Below, in pieces: positions 51,574-55,272 of a DNA stretch of 55,272 bases (positions are counted from its first letter, which is position 1; each line of letters opens with the position of its first letter). This DNA is from an uncultured Lentisphaerales bacterium (GTDB lineage Bacteria > Verrucomicrobiota > Lentisphaeria > JABSQK01 > UBA12247), in contig CALSSJ010000038.1 of the NCBI GenBank assembly GCA_943788985.1, positions 1 through 55,272 on the forward strand, given 5' to 3'. A model generated the notes under the pieces. That model was not told the origin of the DNA. It worked only from the letters and a program-made list of their open reading frames with translations, and ran no database searches. The position numbers and the translations under genes are program-made.

Positions 51574-52482
51574 ATGTCACGCACCTCCAATGATTGGCTC
51601 CTGACCCCAAACGGCGATCCCCGCGGCTACATTCAGCCCGAGCGCTTGGATGAGCTCTGGTTTCACACCGGCACCAACTGCAATCTGCGCTGCCCATTCT
51701 GCCTCGAAGGCAGCAAGCCAGGCGACAATCGGATCGAGTTCATCACCTTCGAAGACTTCCTGCCCCTGGCCAAAGAAGCGCTTCCACTCGGGCTCAAGCG
51801 CTTCTCCTTCACCGGCGGCGAGCCCTTCGTAAACCCCGCCATGGTGCAAATCCTCGACTGGGCGCTCACCCACCGCCCGTGCCTGGTGTTGACCAACGCC
51901 ACCGAGCCGCTGATGAACCGGATGGCCGAGATTCTGGCCTTTGCCGATGCGCCCAACGCCCTCAGCTTCCGCGTCAGTCTCGACTTCTCCGATCCTGAGC
52001 GCCACGATGCTGGCCGCGGCAAGGGCAACTTTCGCAAGTCCCTGCGCACGCTTGGCCGCCTCCACGAAGCAGGCTTTTCGGTTTCAATCGCGCGGCTTCA
52101 GGAAGACGGCGAAGTCCCAGCAGACGCAGATGCCGCCTACTCGCGCCACTTTGCCGAAGCAGGCCTGCCCGAAGCCACCCGCATCATTTCCTTCCCCGAC
52201 TTTCAGCTTCCCGGTAGCATCGCCGAAGTTCCTCACATCACCGAGGGCTGCATGACCCGCTACCTCACCGCCGAACAGCGAAGCGGCTTCATGTGCAACT
52301 TCAGCAAGATGGTCGTGCGCAAGGATGGAAAGCTCGGTCTCTACGCCTGCACCCTCGTCGACGACGACCCAGACTACGATCTGGGCAGCACGCTCGCCGA
52401 GGCCCAACAAGAGCGGGTCACGCTGAAGCACCATCGCTGCTACAGCTGCTTCGCCTTTGGCGCCAGCTGCAGCGAAGGGTAG
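51574..52482 (+). CDS. Radical SAM protein with Cys-rich C-terminus
   Basis: CNLRCPFC, FTGGEPF and LTN; C-terminal HHRCYSCFAFGASC. Confidence 0.88.
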   Translation: MSRTSNDWLLTPNGDPRGYIQPERLDELWFHTGTNCNLRCPFCLEGSKPGDNRIEFITFEDFLPLAKEALPLGLKRFSFTGGEPFVNPAMVQILDWALTHRPCLVLTNATEPLMNRMAEILAFADAPNALSFRVSLDFSDPERHDAGRGKGNFRKSLRTLGRLHEAGFSVSIARLQEDGEVPADADAAYSRHFAEAGLPEATRIISFPDFQLPGSIAEVPHITEGCMTRYLTAEQRSGFMCNFSKMVVRKDGKLGLYACTLVDDDPDYDLGSTLAEAQQERVTLKHHRCYSCFAFGASCSEG

Positions 52483-52555
52483 TCGATAACCAAGGACGGC
52501 AAACGGACTTGACTACAATCTGCAAACCCCTATCTTTCTCGACATGAACAGCAAG

Positions 52556-52614
52556 AATAAACCACGCACTACACCAGATGGCCCAAGGGCCACGCGGTGT
52601 GCGCGGCGTGGGGC
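52556..52614 (+). mobile_element. Degenerate attC-like site 5
   Basis: Near copy of site 2 (AACCACGCACTRCACC...GGCCCAAGGGCC...CGGTGWGCGCGGCGT); R' reads GTGGGGC rather than GTTGGGC. Confidence 0.6.
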
Positions 52615-52629
52615 AGGAGATAAAACGCC

Positions 52630-54270
52630 GTGGCAAAGCTAATCGCAATCCTATCGCGCTGGGTAGTTCAGAAGCTCGTAATCTTAATTGCGGTTCTGGC
52701 GGTTCTTCTAGTCGGCGCATGGCTGCAAATGGAGTGGATCCGATTAAACCAAGATAAAGAGGCTATCGCCAAGAAGCAGAAGATTATGGCGGATCTCAAG
52801 GACAGTCTAACTGTTCTAGAAGCCGAGATGAATCCGAAGCTTGCGGAGTGGGATCGGCTCAGACAGAGTAAGATCGCAGGTGCAAATGCAGAATTGGCAA
52901 GGCTGGACACAGAGATTCGCAAGAAGGGTGAAGAGTGGACTAAGAAACTGAAGGAATTCAATAGTCTGGAGAAAACCGAAATGGCTGCGCTAGAGAGTTC
53001 CAATGCGGCCGAGAAGAAGCGGCGAAATCTGCAGAATAAGGTCGCCTGGTATGACGAGAAAACGTCTTGGGTTTCAAACGCGAGCAGGAAGCGGATAGGC
53101 GATCTTCGGCTTGCTGAGACCTACGCCAAGACAATGCGAGTAAAATACCTGGTTGCTGCTAAGGCTCGCTTCGCCCTCGCCAAGATTCTTAAGAGTTCCC
53201 CCGTCAAACTTCTTCAAGAATCTAGGCGTAACAAGGAGGCTGACCTTGTGGCAGCCCAAAAATTCCAATCGCCTGAGGAGCAGGCTTGGGAAGCGCAGCG
53301 CCAGCAAAAGAATAACGAGATTAGCGATATCGAGAGCTTGATCTCTTCCGCGAAGCAACGAGTTGCAAGTGACCCGAAGCAGCGATTCTTGGGTGCTGTC
53401 CGTGCGCACCTTCCCACTGCGCTATGGATTCTCGTTGGCATTATTCTCACACCCGTCGCGATCAAGGCTGCATTCTATTATGTCCTTGCTCCACTTGCGG
53501 CTCGATTCCCGCCAATTCGAGTAGTTGAGGAGGCCGATGCATCAATCCCCGAGTCTTGCGACTCGGGCCGTCTCCCTCCCATTCGACATCGCCGACGGCT
53601 TTGAAGTTTTGGTTCACCCTGATTTCCTCCAAAGTAGCAGTCAGCCAGCGGTGAAGCGAACCCAGTGGCTACTAAACCAATCCGTGCCCTTTAGCAGCAT
53701 CGCCTCCGGCATGTTCTTCTTAACAAGAATCCGACCATCTAAAGGCCATACAACCCGGGTGATTGTGTCGTCCCCAGAACGATGCATTTGGCGAGATTGG
53801 GGTGATTAGTCTTCCTGCAGGTGCCTCGATGGTCGTCCAGCCCCGCTCGCTGGCAGGGGTCCCTCAAACGATCCGATAGCCCTGTTCACATCACACGTCA
53901 TTGGCGAGCATCAAGTCTCCACGCATGGTTAACACTCCAACTCCGTTTTTTGGTATTCCATGGGCCATGTGACCTCATCCTTAAGGGTTGCCGCGGAGTT
54001 CGCGCTGAGGCCCCGGATCCTGAACGCCCTCGAATGATCAATCAGGCTTCGACAATCGGCTTCAGTGCGAACCTCGACTACCACAATACACGATGCGAGA
54101 CCTTCATTCCCTACCTTCGCGGCAAAGAGGATCTGTTTAATGACCTCTTTGAAGGAGAGCAGGGCGTATTTGTTTATGAGGAGATGCCCGCCGGCGGACG
54201 GAATACTGGACTGACTGGGCGTGGTTTGGAAGGTGTCGTTGACGCCGCGTTAAAGGTTTTCGGGATATGA
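52630..54270 (+). CDS. Hypothetical membrane / coiled-coil cassette protein, frameshifted
   Basis: AGGAG RBS; TM, Lys-rich coiled coil, TM, then a globular domain; frames 52630-53604, 53525-53809 and 53821-54270 can be joined; attC follows 15 bp after the stop. Confidence 0.65.
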
Positions 54271-54285
54271 GAAAAAATCCCAAAA

Positions 54286-54412
54286 GCCCAACAAGACGGT
54301 GCTGGACAACCGCCTACTCGCCGCGAGTTTGAATGATCACCGAAATTACAACCTTTAACCCGCAGCCGGAGCGGCGCTGCCAGTAGGCGGTGCCAGACCT
54401 ATGACGTTGACT
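54286..54412 (+). mobile_element. attC site 6 (127 bp)
   Basis: R'' GCCCAAC; arms GGT[G]CTGG[A]C[A]ACCGCCTAC / GTAGGCGGTGCCAGACC; R' GTTGACT. Confidence 0.8.
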
Positions 54413-54435
54413 GTTGGCGCTTCTCTTATTCTCTC

Positions 54436-55272
54436 CTATTTGCCCATCGTCGGGATCCGCTTGGGGCGGTATCCGGCCTCCGCCGCCTTCTTGGGCACGC
54501 TGTCGAGAAAGAACTGATCGCGCTGCTTGTGGTACCACTTGGTGTTCGCGAGCCGATTAGGCACGTTCCCTGCATTCCACGTTTCCCACTCAGTCTGTAG
54601 CTGCTTGGGCCCAGCTCCGGCTTTGCGGCAGCCTGATCGTTCGCTTCCGCCGTGTCTCTAGGCAACGCATACAAGGCTGGAGCCCCGCCCGCGTTTTCCT
54701 TGATATACTTCGTCCGCTCATGCGTGAGTATCGAGTACTTGGTCCCCTCAAGATCCCGCCAATAGATGAATTCATGCGGTGGTGCCACCTCAGAGCCGAG
54801 AACATGCGGGATCAGATTCGTCCCCCTCCATCGCCGGACTTGCCAAGGCGTCCCCACCCGCACATTCGACCGCTGTGCGCCCGATATCGAGAGCCATCAC
54901 CGGCGAGTCGTAGGTCACGCCTTGCGGAAGCTTGGCAGGCCAATAAGCGACAAACGGCACATGCACACCGCCATCATACAAGTTTCCCTTCCCCCCTCGG
55001 AATGGCGCATTCGAGGGATCCATTCCAGTTTCCCAGCTTCTGCGGTTTGGCCTGTGGTCCGCCATTATCGCTCAGGAAAAAGACCAGCGTATTCTCGCGC
55101 ACGCCCTTTCGTTCCAGCGCCTCGAGCACCAGCCCAATCCCGTGGTCCATCACATGCACCATCGCGGCATAGACTCGTCGTTTCTGATCCTTAATCTCAG
55201 AATACCGCGCGATCGCCTCCTTGGGAGCCTGCAACGGCGCATGCGGGGCATTGTATGCTAGGTACAGAAAGA
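54436..55272 (-). CDS. S1 sulfatase, 3' part (runs off the window; frameshifted)
   Basis: [32 protein letters not shown] and HEFIYWR. Confidence 0.85.

Noticed and set aside
1..55272. Integrase, transposase, tRNA or rRNA genes
   Set aside because: None recognised by eye; tRNAscan, Infernal and HMM searches would be needed to exclude them.

Overview
Bacterial DNA that looks like a PVC-superphylum organism (Lentisphaerae/Kiritimatiellaeota-like; inferred from gene content only). Single-base indels break many genes, probably long-read errors. Left to right: (1) 1-2.2 kb, an integron-type cassette array with four unusually short attC-like sites, a hicBA toxin-antitoxin cassette and an apparently ORF-less cassette; no integrase is visible. 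(2) kdgK-eda, then a mosaic of abutting gene fragments that includes a Wadjet-II jetD remnant. (3) ~8-34 kb, a sulfated-fucan degradation region: AraC regulator, several sulfatases, a probable sulfatase-GH29 fusion, GH95, GH29, a Tat-exported oxidoreductase and a PVC-type heme dehydrogenase. (4) A four-helix-bundle (TIGR02436/TIGR04258-type) gene embedded in a 171-bp tandem array of heptamer-built palindromes; this is the most unusual element. (5) An intact minus-strand operon cysJ-cysI-hyp-M28-sppA-bioA-fdhD-thiD. (6) An ECF sigma/anti-sigma pair followed by YyaL-like, ArsM-like, FNR-like and radical SAM genes. (7) A second attC-flanked cassette and a partial sulfatase. All calls come from reading the sequence by eye; no searches were run.
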